Assembly: GCA_016929635.1 (NCBI GenBank)
Contig: JAFGIL010000047.1
Span: forward strand, 13,606-77,605
Length of the DNA: 64,000 nt
Direction of reading: 5' to 3'
DNA from: Endomicrobiales bacterium
GTDB lineage: Bacteria; Elusimicrobiota; Endomicrobiia; Endomicrobiales; JAFGIL01
Part shown: piece after piece, positions 47,637 to 57,011 of the stretch
How the letters are laid out: every line of letters begins with the position of its first letter
Position numbering within the stretch: position 1 is the stretch's first letter
Notes under the pieces: model-generated
Told to the model about the DNA's origin: nothing
The model's input: the letters and a program-made list of their open reading frames with translations, nothing else
Database searches by the model: none
Made by a program: the position numbers and the translations under genes

Positions 47637-48719
47637 TTGGTGAAAAAAATGAGAATTCGTTTAACTAATAAAAGTTCGGAGCAGCCGGCAGTAATCAAAG
47701 TAATCGGAGTGGGAGGCGGAGGATCAAATGCCGTAAACCGGATGATTTCCGCAGGTATAAAAGGCGTGGATTTTATTACCATAAATACTGACGCTCAGGC
47801 GCTGAGGCGCTCGGTAGCTTCAGTGAGGATACAGATTGGCGAGCAGATTTCCCGCGGGCTGGGAGTGGGCGGAAATCCGACAATCGGAAGGCAGGCAGCG
47901 GAGGAAAGCAAGGAAAGAATAAAGGAAGTTTTGGTCGGCGCGGATATGGTGTTTATTACCGCGGGCATGGGCGGGGGAACCGGGACGGGTGCGGTTCCTG
48001 TTATAGCAGAGATTTCGCGCTCTTTGGGGATTCTTACGGTGGGAGTCGTAACAAAGCCGTTTGAGTTTGAACATAGAATCCGGCTCCATCAGGCTGAAGA
48101 GGGGATTAAAAATCTGAAGAATTTCACCGATACATTGATAGTGATACCAAACGAACGTCTTTTTACAATAGTGGATGATAAAACACCCATAGAGGATGCA
48201 TTCAGGATCGTTGACGATGTTTTAAGGCAGGCTGTTCAGTCAATTTCCGACGTAATTACAACTCCAGGCGAGATAAACGTTGATTTTGCGGATGTTAAAA
48301 CAATAATGAAAGGCTCCGGGGATGCTCTTATGGGAATGGGCGAGAGTTCCGGAGAGAACAGGGCAATTGAGGCAGCAAACCGCGCAGTAAGGAGCCCTTT
48401 ACTTAATGATGTGTCAATAGACGGGGCGAAAGGGGTTCTGGTAAACATTACGGGCAACCGGAACACTTCCATGGTTGAGGTCCGCGAAGCAATGAATTTG
48501 ATAAAAGAGGCTGTTTCTCCGGAGGCACACGTGTTTTACGGCCAGGTTATTGACCCTAACCTGGATGACAGGATAAAGGTAACCGTAATTGCTACAGGAT
48601 TTCCGGCCCGCAGTTCGATGCTGGACAGGAAGTTTCCGTCCAAGGATTCCCAGGACAGCTCGACAATTGATTTTAACAGGCCCGCATATACGTACTGGCG
48701 CCCGCAGAAACTAAAATAG
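47637..48719 (+). CDS. ftsZ: Cell division protein FtsZ
   Basis: [34 protein letters not shown] signature, PFEFE, NVDFAD. Confidence 0.98.
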   Translation: MVKKMRIRLTNKSSEQPAVIKVIGVGGGGSNAVNRMISAGIKGVDFITINTDAQALRRSVASVRIQIGEQISRGLGVGGNPTIGRQAAEESKERIKEVLVGADMVFITAGMGGGTGTGAVPVIAEISRSLGILTVGVVTKPFEFEHRIRLHQAEEGIKNLKNFTDTLIVIPNERLFTIVDDKTPIEDAFRIVDDVLRQAVQSISDVITTPGEINVDFADVKTIMKGSGDALMGMGESSGENRAIEAANRAVRSPLLNDVSIDGAKGVLVNITGNRNTSMVEVREAMNLIKEAVSPEAHVFYGQVIDPNLDDRIKVTVIATGFPARSSMLDRKFPSKDSQDSSTIDFNRPAYTYWRPQKLK

Positions 48720-48750
48720 AATAAATTATACAAACCCGCAAGGGGGTAAA

Positions 48751-49851
48751 ATGGATATAAAGGTTTTATTAGCAGAGATGATAAAAAAAGGTGCTTCTGA
48801 TTTGCACGTACGGGCAGGCAGTCCGAGTGTTCTGCGTATTGACGGGGATTTGATAACAATGGAGGGAAATACTTTTTCGAATGAAGAGACGATTTCAATT
48901 GCCAACTCTCTTATGAACGATACCCAGAAAGCTATTTTTCAGAAGCATCATGAAATCGACCTGGGCGTGACTTTTCCTGATTTAGGGAGGTTCCGCATAA
49001 ATGCTTTTACTCAACGAGGCATAGTGAATATGGCTGTTCGTGCTATTCCTATTAAAATACCTACGATTGATGAACTAAAGCTGCCTCCGGTAATAAAACA
49101 GATTGCAGAAAACAGACGAGGTTTAATCATAGTTACGGGTATAACAGGCTCAGGCAAGTCAACAACTTTAGCTTCGATAATAGGGCACATAAATAATACA
49201 AGGCCTGTGCATATAGTTACCATAGAAGACCCCATTGAGTTTATTCACAAGGATAATAAGTCCATTATTACCCAGCGCGAGCTTGGGATTGACACGTTGA
49301 GCTATCCGGACGCTTTGAAACACGTTGTGAGGCAGGACCCGGACGTAATCCTTCTTGGAGAGATGAGGGACGTGCATACTGTAACCGCAGCAATAACAGC
49401 GGCGCAGACAGGCCATTTGGTGATATCCACCCTGCATACAATAGATGCGACCCAGAGCGTAAACCGTATTATAGATTTCTTTCCTCCTCACCAGCAGGAT
49501 AATACCAGGATTATGCTGGCAGACACTCTGAAAGCCGTGATTTCCCAGAGGCTTCTGCCTCATACATCTGGCAAAGGCAGGGTTCCTGCCGTAGAAGTAA
49601 TGATTGTGAATGCATTGATTAAAAAACTTATTGAAGATAAGAATACCGCTGAAATAGTTAACCAGATAAGAAAAGGCGAGTATTACGGAATGCAGACCTT
49701 TAACCAGGCATTGATGAAGTTGTTTAAGGATAATGAAATAAAACTTGAAGACGCCTTGGGCGCGGCAACAAATCCTGAGGAGTTGATGTTGAACATACGC
49801 GGCGTTCAGTCCGGGACGGATGATGCCTCATCGAGTTTTATTGAAAGATAA
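48751..49851 (+). CDS. pilT: Type IV pilus retraction ATPase (PilT/PilU family)
   Basis: ASDLH, GRFRIN, TG.TGSGKSTT, EDPIE, QRE.G.DT, RQDPDVILLGEMRD, TGH.V.STLH, GMQTFNQAL. Confidence 0.9.
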   Translation: MDIKVLLAEMIKKGASDLHVRAGSPSVLRIDGDLITMEGNTFSNEETISIANSLMNDTQKAIFQKHHEIDLGVTFPDLGRFRINAFTQRGIVNMAVRAIPIKIPTIDELKLPPVIKQIAENRRGLIIVTGITGSGKSTTLASIIGHINNTRPVHIVTIEDPIEFIHKDNKSIITQRELGIDTLSYPDALKHVVRQDPDVILLGEMRDVHTVTAAITAAQTGHLVISTLHTIDATQSVNRIIDFFPPHQQDNTRIMLADTLKAVISQRLLPHTSGKGRVPAVEVMIVNALIKKLIEDKNTAEIVNQIRKGEYYGMQTFNQALMKLFKDNEIKLEDALGAATNPEELMLNIRGVQSGTDDASSSFIER

Positions 49852-49853
49852 AT

Positions 49854-49956
49854 AGAAAGGTTAGAAAGGTTAATATGTGTTAAAATTGGTTAATAACAGT
49901 TACCTTTTGAGTAGCCTGTATTAGCCGGTTTTAAATACTGTTAACCTTTTATTCTC
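49854..49956. repeat. AGAAAGGTT x2 / nested imperfect palindrome (intergenic)
   Basis: Tandem AGAAAGGTT (49854-49871); AAAGGTTAA pairs with TTAACCTTT (about 49941-49949); inner TAACAGT/ACTGTTA. Confidence 0.5.
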
Positions 49957-49967
49957 TTATAAAAAAT

Positions 49968-50636
49968 ATGTGGCAATTGAAAAATGATGTTTGGCAGGAT
50001 AGTGAATTTCCTTTTTTTCACTTTATGACCACGAAAGCCTGCGGTGATTTAAAAGATATCCGCATCAGAGAAAAAGTTCTTTCCCGGTTTGGCATTAATA
50101 ACAGTGATCTGGTCACGGCAGAGCAGGTTCACGGGAGCAGAGTAGCAGTCGTAGATAAGGAGCATAAAGGTAAAAAGATTGACGCCGCAGACGGATTGAT
50201 TACAAAAGAGGCTGGTTTACCCGTTGCAATATTTACGGCGGATTGCCTTCCTGTATTTGTCGCTGACAAGAGAAAGAGAATTGCAGGTATTATCCATTCA
50301 GGATGGAGGGGGATTGCCGGGGGGATAATTTCTAGAACGATTGAAGTATTAAAAAAGGAATTTAATTCTGCTGTAAATGATATTTTTGTTTTTGCAGGGC
50401 CTCATATCCAGGAATGCTGTTATTTTATAGGGGATGAATTAAAGAAGGAATTTAATATAAAAGAGGATATAAAAAATTTAAGTTTATCAGGCATCGTTCA
50501 CAAGCAATTAAAATCATTGGGAGTAAGTAAAATATCAATAAGCAAAGAATGCAGCTGCCATGAAGAGGATTTGTTTTTTTCATATCGAAGAAATAAAACC
50601 TCGCAGAGAATGATGTCTCTTGTAATGATGAAATAA
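49968..50636 (+). CDS. pgeF: Peptidoglycan editing factor PgeF (YfiH/YlmD)
   Basis: EQVHG, ADGLIT, TADCLPV, IHSGWRG, GPHI..CCY, CSCH...FFSYRR. Confidence 0.92.
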   Translation: MWQLKNDVWQDSEFPFFHFMTTKACGDLKDIRIREKVLSRFGINNSDLVTAEQVHGSRVAVVDKEHKGKKIDAADGLITKEAGLPVAIFTADCLPVFVADKRKRIAGIIHSGWRGIAGGIISRTIEVLKKEFNSAVNDIFVFAGPHIQECCYFIGDELKKEFNIKEDIKNLSLSGIVHKQLKSLGVSKISISKECSCHEEDLFFSYRRNKTSQRMMSLVMMK

Positions 50637-50656
50637 AAAGCATAAAGGAGTTCAAG

Positions 50657-51733
50657 ATGTCGAAAAAGATAAACATAAATACCATACGGAAAAAAATAGA
50701 CTCTTTAGACCGCCAGATTTTAAACACTATCAATAAACGCGCGGGTTTGGCAAAAGAAATCGGAAAATTAAAAGTTAAGAACAACAAAGAGTTCTATGCG
50801 CCTCACCGGGAAAAAAAGATAGTCAAGGGTCTGATAAAGAAAAATAAGGGGCCTCTTACTTCTTTTTCGATCGATGTGATTTTCAGGGAGATACTTAATG
50901 CATGCAGGTCCCTGGAGTCAAAGATTAAGGTAGCGTACCTGGGGCCTGAGGCAACCTTTTCCCATCAGGCAGCGCTTAAAAACTTTGGCGCTGAGGCCCA
51001 ATACGTTGCGGTTAAATCAATCGCTGATGTTTTTACGGAAGTTGAGAAAAAACGCGCAAATTACGGCGTTGTGCCTATAGAAAATTCTACCGAAGGGGTT
51101 GTGAACCACACGCTGGATATGTTCATAGAGTCCGATTTGGTGATATGCGCAGAGATCAGCATGCCCATAGAGTTGTGCCTGCTGTCCAAGAGCGGCGTAG
51201 AAGAAGATATTAAAACTATCGTCTCTCTTTCCCAGCCCCTTGCCCAGTGCAGGAACTGGCTTGAGGAGAATTTTCCCGGTATACCTGTTAAAGAGGTATC
51301 TTCAACAGCTGAAGCCGCAAACCATGCAGCTAAAAACAGGTCCATTGCCGCTGTTGCTTCAAGTACCGCCGCAAAACTGTACCGTCTTGAGATAATTGCC
51401 CGGGGAATCGAAGACAGCAGGGAAAACTATACGAGGTTTCTTGTTATAGGCCGCAATCATCCCAAAAGATCGGGGCACGACAAGACTTCCATAATGTTTT
51501 CGATAAAAGACAGGGTCGGAGGACTGCACGACATGTTGATGTCTTTTAAAAAGCACAATATAAACCTTACAAAGATTGAATCCAGGCCGACAAAGAAAAA
51601 AGCGTGGCAGTACATATTCTTTGTGGATTTTATCGGGCATACTTCGGAAAAGAAGGTTAAGACCGCATTTCATGAACTTGAGCTAAAGAGCCCGTTTGTA
51701 AAAGTAATGGGCTCTTACCCAAGAGCAGAGTAA
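50657..51733 (+). CDS. pheA: Chorismate mutase / prephenate dehydratase
   Basis: IR..ID.LD..IL..IN.RA, VAYLGPEATFSH, VVPIENSTEG, N.TRFLVI, NLTKIESRP. Confidence 0.96.
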   Translation: MSKKININTIRKKIDSLDRQILNTINKRAGLAKEIGKLKVKNNKEFYAPHREKKIVKGLIKKNKGPLTSFSIDVIFREILNACRSLESKIKVAYLGPEATFSHQAALKNFGAEAQYVAVKSIADVFTEVEKKRANYGVVPIENSTEGVVNHTLDMFIESDLVICAEISMPIELCLLSKSGVEEDIKTIVSLSQPLAQCRNWLEENFPGIPVKEVSSTAEAANHAAKNRSIAAVASSTAAKLYRLEIIARGIEDSRENYTRFLVIGRNHPKRSGHDKTSIMFSIKDRVGGLHDMLMSFKKHNINLTKIESRPTKKKAWQYIFFVDFIGHTSEKKVKTAFHELELKSPFVKVMGSYPRAE

Positions 51734-51752
51734 AAGTATATGAGGGTAGGCA

Positions 51753-52895
51753 ATGAATAAAAAGAAAATTGACATAAATCAGTATATCAGGCCCTGCTGC
51801 AGGAATTTTGAGCCGTATGTGGCAGGAAAACCCATTGAAACGATTAAAAGAGAGCTGGGATTAAAAAACGTTATAAAACTTGCTTCCAACGAGAATCCGA
51901 TAGGGCCGTCCTCTAAGGCGGTAAAAGCCATAAAAAATACCGCAAATAATGTATTTTTCTATCCCGATTCGAACTCCTGGAAGCTGCGAAAAGCGGTTTC
52001 CAAAAAATTCCGTATTGATATTTCCAGTATTTTATTGGGTTCGGGGTCAGACGAAATCATAGAACTTCTGGCTAAAGCTTTTTTTATGCCGCAGGATGAG
52101 ATAGTGGTGTCCGAACACGCTTTTATACGTTATAAAATGGCAGGCGATTTGCTGGATTCGACGGTTGTTACAATTCCGATGGAAAATTACACGCACAATT
52201 TGAAAGCTATGTTTAAAGCAATAAACGAAAAAACAAAAGCGGTTTTTATAGCTAATCCGAACAATCCTACAGGTACGTATAACGACACCGGAGAGATGGA
52301 AGAGTTTCTGAAGAACATTTCAGAGCTTTCATGTGAACGCAAACCCCTGGTTATTATGGATGAAGCTTATTATGAATATGCGAGAAGTTTTAAGGATTAT
52401 CCGGAGACTCTGAAATACATTGCGGATTATCCTAATTTGATAATCTTAAGGACCTTTTCAAAAATCTACGGGCTTGCAGGTTTGCGCGTTGGTTACGGTT
52501 TTACGTCCCGGGATATCGTAGATTACATTGAAAGGATAAGGCCCCCTTTTAATATAACTTCTATTTCACAGGAGGCAGCGGTAGCCAGCTTAAATGATTT
52601 ATCGCAGGTTAAAAAAAGCGTCCGGATGGTAAACGAACAGAGAGATTTTCTATATAACGAGTTAAAGAAAATAAATTTAATGTACATTCCGTCGGCAGCA
52701 AATTTTATTCTTATAGACGTTGCGCCTAAAGCCGGGCAGGACGTTTTCAGGGAAATGTTAAAAGAAGGGGTTATAGTTAGGGCTATGGACGAATATAACC
52801 TGCCTAATCATGTAAGGGTTAGCATCGGCTTGCCTAAACAGAACAGATTCTTTATAACCAAATTAAAAAAAGTGCTAAACAGGAAAAGAGGATAA
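51753..52895 (+). CDS. hisC: Histidinol-phosphate / aromatic aminotransferase
   Basis: [46 protein letters not shown]. Confidence 0.93.
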   Translation: MNKKKIDINQYIRPCCRNFEPYVAGKPIETIKRELGLKNVIKLASNENPIGPSSKAVKAIKNTANNVFFYPDSNSWKLRKAVSKKFRIDISSILLGSGSDEIIELLAKAFFMPQDEIVVSEHAFIRYKMAGDLLDSTVVTIPMENYTHNLKAMFKAINEKTKAVFIANPNNPTGTYNDTGEMEEFLKNISELSCERKPLVIMDEAYYEYARSFKDYPETLKYIADYPNLIILRTFSKIYGLAGLRVGYGFTSRDIVDYIERIRPPFNITSISQEAAVASLNDLSQVKKSVRMVNEQRDFLYNELKKINLMYIPSAANFILIDVAPKAGQDVFREMLKEGVIVRAMDEYNLPNHVRVSIGLPKQNRFFITKLKKVLNRKRG

Positions 52896-52899
52896 TCAA

Positions 52900-53913
52900 A
52901 TGATAATTACTTTAAAAGCGAGTGCAACAAAGAAAGAAAAAGATGCGATAACAAAAAAAATAGAGCAGCTTGGATATAAGCCTCATATTTCGGAAGGAGC
53001 TGACGTTACTATTATTGGTATGATAGGTGAGCGTGCGGAGCGCTACCGCGAAGTTTTTGAGGCGATGGATGCAGTTGACCATATAAGCGAGATAGAAAAG
53101 CCCTACAAGCTGGCGAGCAGGGAGTTCAAGAAGGAAAATACTGTAATAAATGTGGGCGGTGTAAAGATCGGGACTTCAGAGGTGGTTGTCATGGCAGGCC
53201 CGTGCGCTGTTGAAAATAAAGAGTCTATTATCAATATAGCAACTCTAGTTAAAAAATCCGGGGCAAAGATTTTGAGGGGAGGGGCTTTTAAGCCCAGAAG
53301 CTCTCCGTACTCTTTTCAGGGATTAGGCGAAGAGGGATTAAAATACTTAGCCCAGGCAAGAGAAAAAACAGGGTTATTGGTTGTTACAGAGGCAATGGCG
53401 CAGGACCACGTGAAGCTGGTTGCCAAGTATGCTGACATAATCCAGATTGGTGCCCGCAACGTGCAGAATTATGATTTGCTGAAAGAAGCCGGGAAAAGCA
53501 AAAAACCGGTGCTTCTTAAAAGAGGTATGTCTACGACTATCAAAGAATGGCTTCTTTCCGCGGAATACATTATGTCAAACGGCAACTATGATGTGATTCT
53601 CTGCGAAAGGGGAATCCGCACTTTTGAGAACGCAACAAGAAATACTCTGGATTTGAATGCTGTTCCGGTCATAAAGAAGCTTTCGCATCTGCCTATAATA
53701 GTTGACCCTTCCCACGGAACAGGTATAAGAGAGTATATAGCTACTATGGCCAAGGCATCAATTGCTGCAGGCGCTGACGGCTTGATGATTGAAGTACACC
53801 CGAAGCCCGAGGACGCGCTTTCCGACGGGCCGCAGAGCTTATTGCCTGATCAGTTTAACAAACTGATGAAAGAACTAAAACCAATTGCACTGGCGGTAGG
53901 AAGGACTTTATAA
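52900..53913 (+). CDS. aroF: DAHP synthase type I-beta with N-terminal regulatory domain
   Basis: [59 protein letters not shown]. Confidence 0.95.
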   Translation: MIITLKASATKKEKDAITKKIEQLGYKPHISEGADVTIIGMIGERAERYREVFEAMDAVDHISEIEKPYKLASREFKKENTVINVGGVKIGTSEVVVMAGPCAVENKESIINIATLVKKSGAKILRGGAFKPRSSPYSFQGLGEEGLKYLAQAREKTGLLVVTEAMAQDHVKLVAKYADIIQIGARNVQNYDLLKEAGKSKKPVLLKRGMSTTIKEWLLSAEYIMSNGNYDVILCERGIRTFENATRNTLDLNAVPVIKKLSHLPIIVDPSHGTGIREYIATMAKASIAAGADGLMIEVHPKPEDALSDGPQSLLPDQFNKLMKELKPIALAVGRTL

Positions 53914-54684
53914 ATGATTAACGAAGTAAAAACAACCAGGAATATTTTAAAGCATTCTTTTGACGACCTTATTAAATATACGGAGGTTGACGTTGTAATT
54001 GCGGGTGCAGGCCCGTCCGGGATGATTGCCTCCAAATATTTGGCGGATAATAAGGTAAAAACCCTGCTTATAGAAAAAAAATTAAGCATCGGGGGCGGGA
54101 TCTGGGGCGGCGGTATGATGTTTCCCTACATCCTTGTCCAGAAAGACAGGCGGATTTATGAAATTTTAAAGGATTTCGGAATAAAATACAGGTCGGAAAA
54201 AGACGGATTGGTAATTTCTTCCATCGAGACGGCATCTAAGTTATGTGCGGGCGCTGTAAATGCCGGTGCCAAGATATTTAACGGCATTGCCGTTGAAGAT
54301 GTAATGATAAGAAAAAACAGGATTTGCGGAGTTGTAATTAACTGGGCAGCTGTTGAAGTGGCAGGATTACATGTGGACCCTTTAACCTTGTCCAGCAAAT
54401 TTGTTGTTGATGCCACCGGGCATCCTTCGGAAGTTAGTAATGTTGTTGTGCGAAAGGTAGGCAGGCTTAAGACTCCAAGCGGGAAAATAGAAGGCGAAAA
54501 ATCCATGTGGCTGGAAAAATCCGAAAATCTGGTTGTTAAAAACACGAAAGAGGCTTTTCCGGGGCTTTATGTATGCGGTATGGCAGCTAACGCTGTCTTT
54601 GGTGCGCCGCGCATGGGCCCGATATTCGGAGGGATGTTTCTTTCCGGAAAAAAAGTAGCTGATAAAATATTAAACAAAATGTAG
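53914..54684 (+). CDS. thi4: Sulfide-dependent (non-Cys) adenosine diphosphate thiazole synthase Thi4
   Basis: GAGPSG, GGGIWGGGM.F, LHVDP (His in place of the suicide Cys), DATGH, PRMGPIFGGMFLSG. Confidence 0.93.
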   Translation: MINEVKTTRNILKHSFDDLIKYTEVDVVIAGAGPSGMIASKYLADNKVKTLLIEKKLSIGGGIWGGGMMFPYILVQKDRRIYEILKDFGIKYRSEKDGLVISSIETASKLCAGAVNAGAKIFNGIAVEDVMIRKNRICGVVINWAAVEVAGLHVDPLTLSSKFVVDATGHPSEVSNVVVRKVGRLKTPSGKIEGEKSMWLEKSENLVVKNTKEAFPGLYVCGMAANAVFGAPRMGPIFGGMFLSGKKVADKILNKM

Positions 54685-54768
54685 TGTAGGGCTTTATGCC
54701 CGTAAAAAATAGAGTTAACTAAATATTTAAATTATGATATTTTTACGGCCACAAGGGCCTACACTACA
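54680..54768. repeat. Inverted GTAG-type REP doublet (REPIN-like)
   Basis: Left GTAG-GGC-TTTAT-GCCC-GTAAAAA and right (reverse complement) GTAG-GCC-CTTGT-GGCC-GTAAAAA; outer TGTAGTGTAGG/CCTACACTACA. Confidence 0.7.
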
Positions 54769-54778
54769 ATAAAGATCT

Positions 54779-55642
54779 ATGCAAAAAAAGAAAATAGCAA
54801 TTATCGGTGTTGGTTTAATAGGAGGCTCTCTAGGGCTGGCTTTAAAGAGAAGAAGAGCCCCGTACAATGTTATCGGTGTTGGAAGAAACATTAAAAAACT
54901 CAAACTCGCAAAGAAGTTAGGCGCGGTTGATGGATACACACTTGACTGGAGTTCCGGAGTAAAGGATTCGGACATCATCGTAGTCTGTACGCCTGTTGAT
55001 ATTATTGCTTCGACAATTAAAAGAATAAAGCCTTTTTTAAAGAAAAGAGCCATAATTACCGATGTGGGGAGTGTAAAAGGGTCAGTGCTGAAAGAGATAA
55101 AAAGACTGGACCCTAAAAAGATGTTATGCTTCGTGGGGGCCCATCCCCTGGCCGGCTTGGAAAAGAACGGCGTAAAGCATGCAAAAAATGATTTATATAC
55201 AGGAGCTGCGGTTGTTATAGCAGCAGACTCCCCGGCTTCCGGCAATGCTATAGCTGAAATTAAAAGAATGTGGGGAAGCGCAGGCGCGGATGTGATTGCA
55301 ATGAACTCCGGCGTCCACGATAAAATAGTTGCTGTTACCAGTCATATGCCGCATGTTTTGGCATATGGCTTAAGTTCGGCGGTATTTAGTTTGGCCAAAA
55401 GAAATAAAAATGTTTCAAAGCTTTTGGCGGGTTCTTTCCGCGATTTAACGAGGATTGCAGACTCTAACCCAAATGATTGGGCTGCAATTTGCGGAAAAAA
55501 TCATATAGAGTTAAATAAAGCCCTTGGAAGTTATATAAATCAGTTGTCTAAAATCAGAAAAGAATTGTATTCGCAGAGGAAATTGGAAAAAGTTTTTAAA
55601 GAGGCTAAACTGGCCCGCCAAAAACTTTTAAATATTAACTAG
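54779..55642 (+). CDS. tyrA: Prephenate/arogenate dehydrogenase
   Basis: IIGVGLIGGSLG, TDVGSVK, FVGAHPLAG.E.NG, HD..VA.TSHMPH, GSFRDLTRIA.S. Confidence 0.95.
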   Translation: MQKKKIAIIGVGLIGGSLGLALKRRRAPYNVIGVGRNIKKLKLAKKLGAVDGYTLDWSSGVKDSDIIVVCTPVDIIASTIKRIKPFLKKRAIITDVGSVKGSVLKEIKRLDPKKMLCFVGAHPLAGLEKNGVKHAKNDLYTGAAVVIAADSPASGNAIAEIKRMWGSAGADVIAMNSGVHDKIVAVTSHMPHVLAYGLSSAVFSLAKRNKNVSKLLAGSFRDLTRIADSNPNDWAAICGKNHIELNKALGSYINQLSKIRKELYSQRKLEKVFKEAKLARQKLLNIN

Positions 55643-55679
55643 CATAATTCGTAAACTATCAATGAATTAATCGATTGTT

Positions 55680-57011
55680 ATGGACTGGATCATCAAACCA
55701 TTCGATCCCGGGCATGTTATAGGGATTAAGGAAATATCTGTCCCGGCTGATAAGTCAATTACCCACCGTGCAGTTATGCTGGGTGCGTTGTGCGAGGGGG
55801 AGTTTTTCATACAAAACTACTTATCATGCGACGACTGCAGCAGGACAATTCAGGCTTTCCGTGACATGGGTGTTGAGATAGAAAAGGCAGAGTACCAGCC
55901 TGTCCTGAATGATTTACAGATACAAGGTGTTGGTTTAAAAGGTTTAAAGCCTCCCAAAAAACCCATCGATGCGGGGAATTCCGGAACAACGGTAAGGCTC
56001 CTGTCGGGAATACTTGCCGGCCAGGGTTTCGAAGCTGAAATTATAGGCGATGAGAGTTTGTCCCGCAGGCCCATGAAACGCATAATCGAGCCTTTAAGGC
56101 AGATGGGAGTGGAAATATCCGCCAGGGATGATAATTATCTGCCCCTGAAGATAAAAGGTAACCCCCGTTTAAAACCCATAAAGTATGAAAGCAAGATTGC
56201 AAGCGCCCAGGTAAAGTCCTGCGTTGTTTTTGCGGGCATGCAGGCAGAAGGAAAAACTACTTTCACCGAACCGTACAAATCCCGCAATCATACGGAAAAG
56301 TTCCTGCAGGCGCTGGGGATTAATGTCGAAGTGGATGGTTTGTCGGTTTCTGTTACCGGACCGGTAAGGTTCCCGAAGAACAAGGTTGTTTTGATACCAA
56401 GGGATATTTCTGCAGCGGCTTTTTTTATGGTTGCAGGAGCCATTCTGCGCCATGCGGATTTCAGGTTATTGGATATTGGTTTCAATGAAACCCGTGACGG
56501 TATTTTGGAAGTCCTGAAAAAAATGAACGCAAAGATTACGTTGTCAAATCCTTGGAAGATATTGCCCGAGGAGGCTGCAAATATCGAAGTCAAAAGCTCA
56601 GATTTAAAACCAACGGATATAACAGGGGAGATGGTGCCAAGGCTGATTGACGAAATTCCCGTAATTGCGCTTGCAGCAACCCAGGCAAAAGGCACAACCA
56701 CAATTTCTGGTGCAAAGGAGTTAAGAGTAAAAGAAAGCGACCGTTTGAGCGCCATATCAACAGAGTTAAATAAGATGGGGGCAAATATTGAAGAAAAAGA
56801 AGACGGCCTTGTCATACACGGGCCTACCCCGTTAACCGGCAGCGAGGTTGACAGCCATGGCGACCACAGGATTGCCATGACTATGGCTATTGCGGCCCTG
56901 GTCTCAAAGGGCGAGACAAAAATAAAAAATGCCCAGTGTGTAAATATTTCATTTCCTGATTTTGCACAGAGATTAAAAGACTTAGGGGCAGATATTAAAA
57001 TTCATGAGTGA
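55680..57011 (+). CDS. aroA: 3-phosphoshikimate 1-carboxyvinyltransferase
   Basis: DKSITHRA, GNSGTT.RL, SL..RPM, SAQVKS, SRNHTE, DISAAAF, IDEIP, LRVKESDR, DHRIAM, SFP.F. Confidence 0.97.
   Translation: MDWIIKPFDPGHVIGIKEISVPADKSITHRAVMLGALCEGEFFIQNYLSCDDCSRTIQAFRDMGVEIEKAEYQPVLNDLQIQGVGLKGLKPPKKPIDAGNSGTTVRLLSGILAGQGFEAEIIGDESLSRRPMKRIIEPLRQMGVEISARDDNYLPLKIKGNPRLKPIKYESKIASAQVKSCVVFAGMQAEGKTTFTEPYKSRNHTEKFLQALGINVEVDGLSVSVTGPVRFPKNKVVLIPRDISAAAFFMVAGAILRHADFRLLDIGFNETRDGILEVLKKMNAKITLSNPWKILPEEAANIEVKSSDLKPTDITGEMVPRLIDEIPVIALAATQAKGTTTISGAKELRVKESDRLSAISTELNKMGANIEEKEDGLVIHGPTPLTGSEVDSHGDHRIAMTMAIAALVSKGETKIKNAQCVNISFPDFAQRLKDLGADIKIHE

Noticed and set aside
53880-53913. TPP riboswitch upstream of thi4
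   Set aside because: thi4 starts immediately after the aroF stop; no TPP aptamer motif seen
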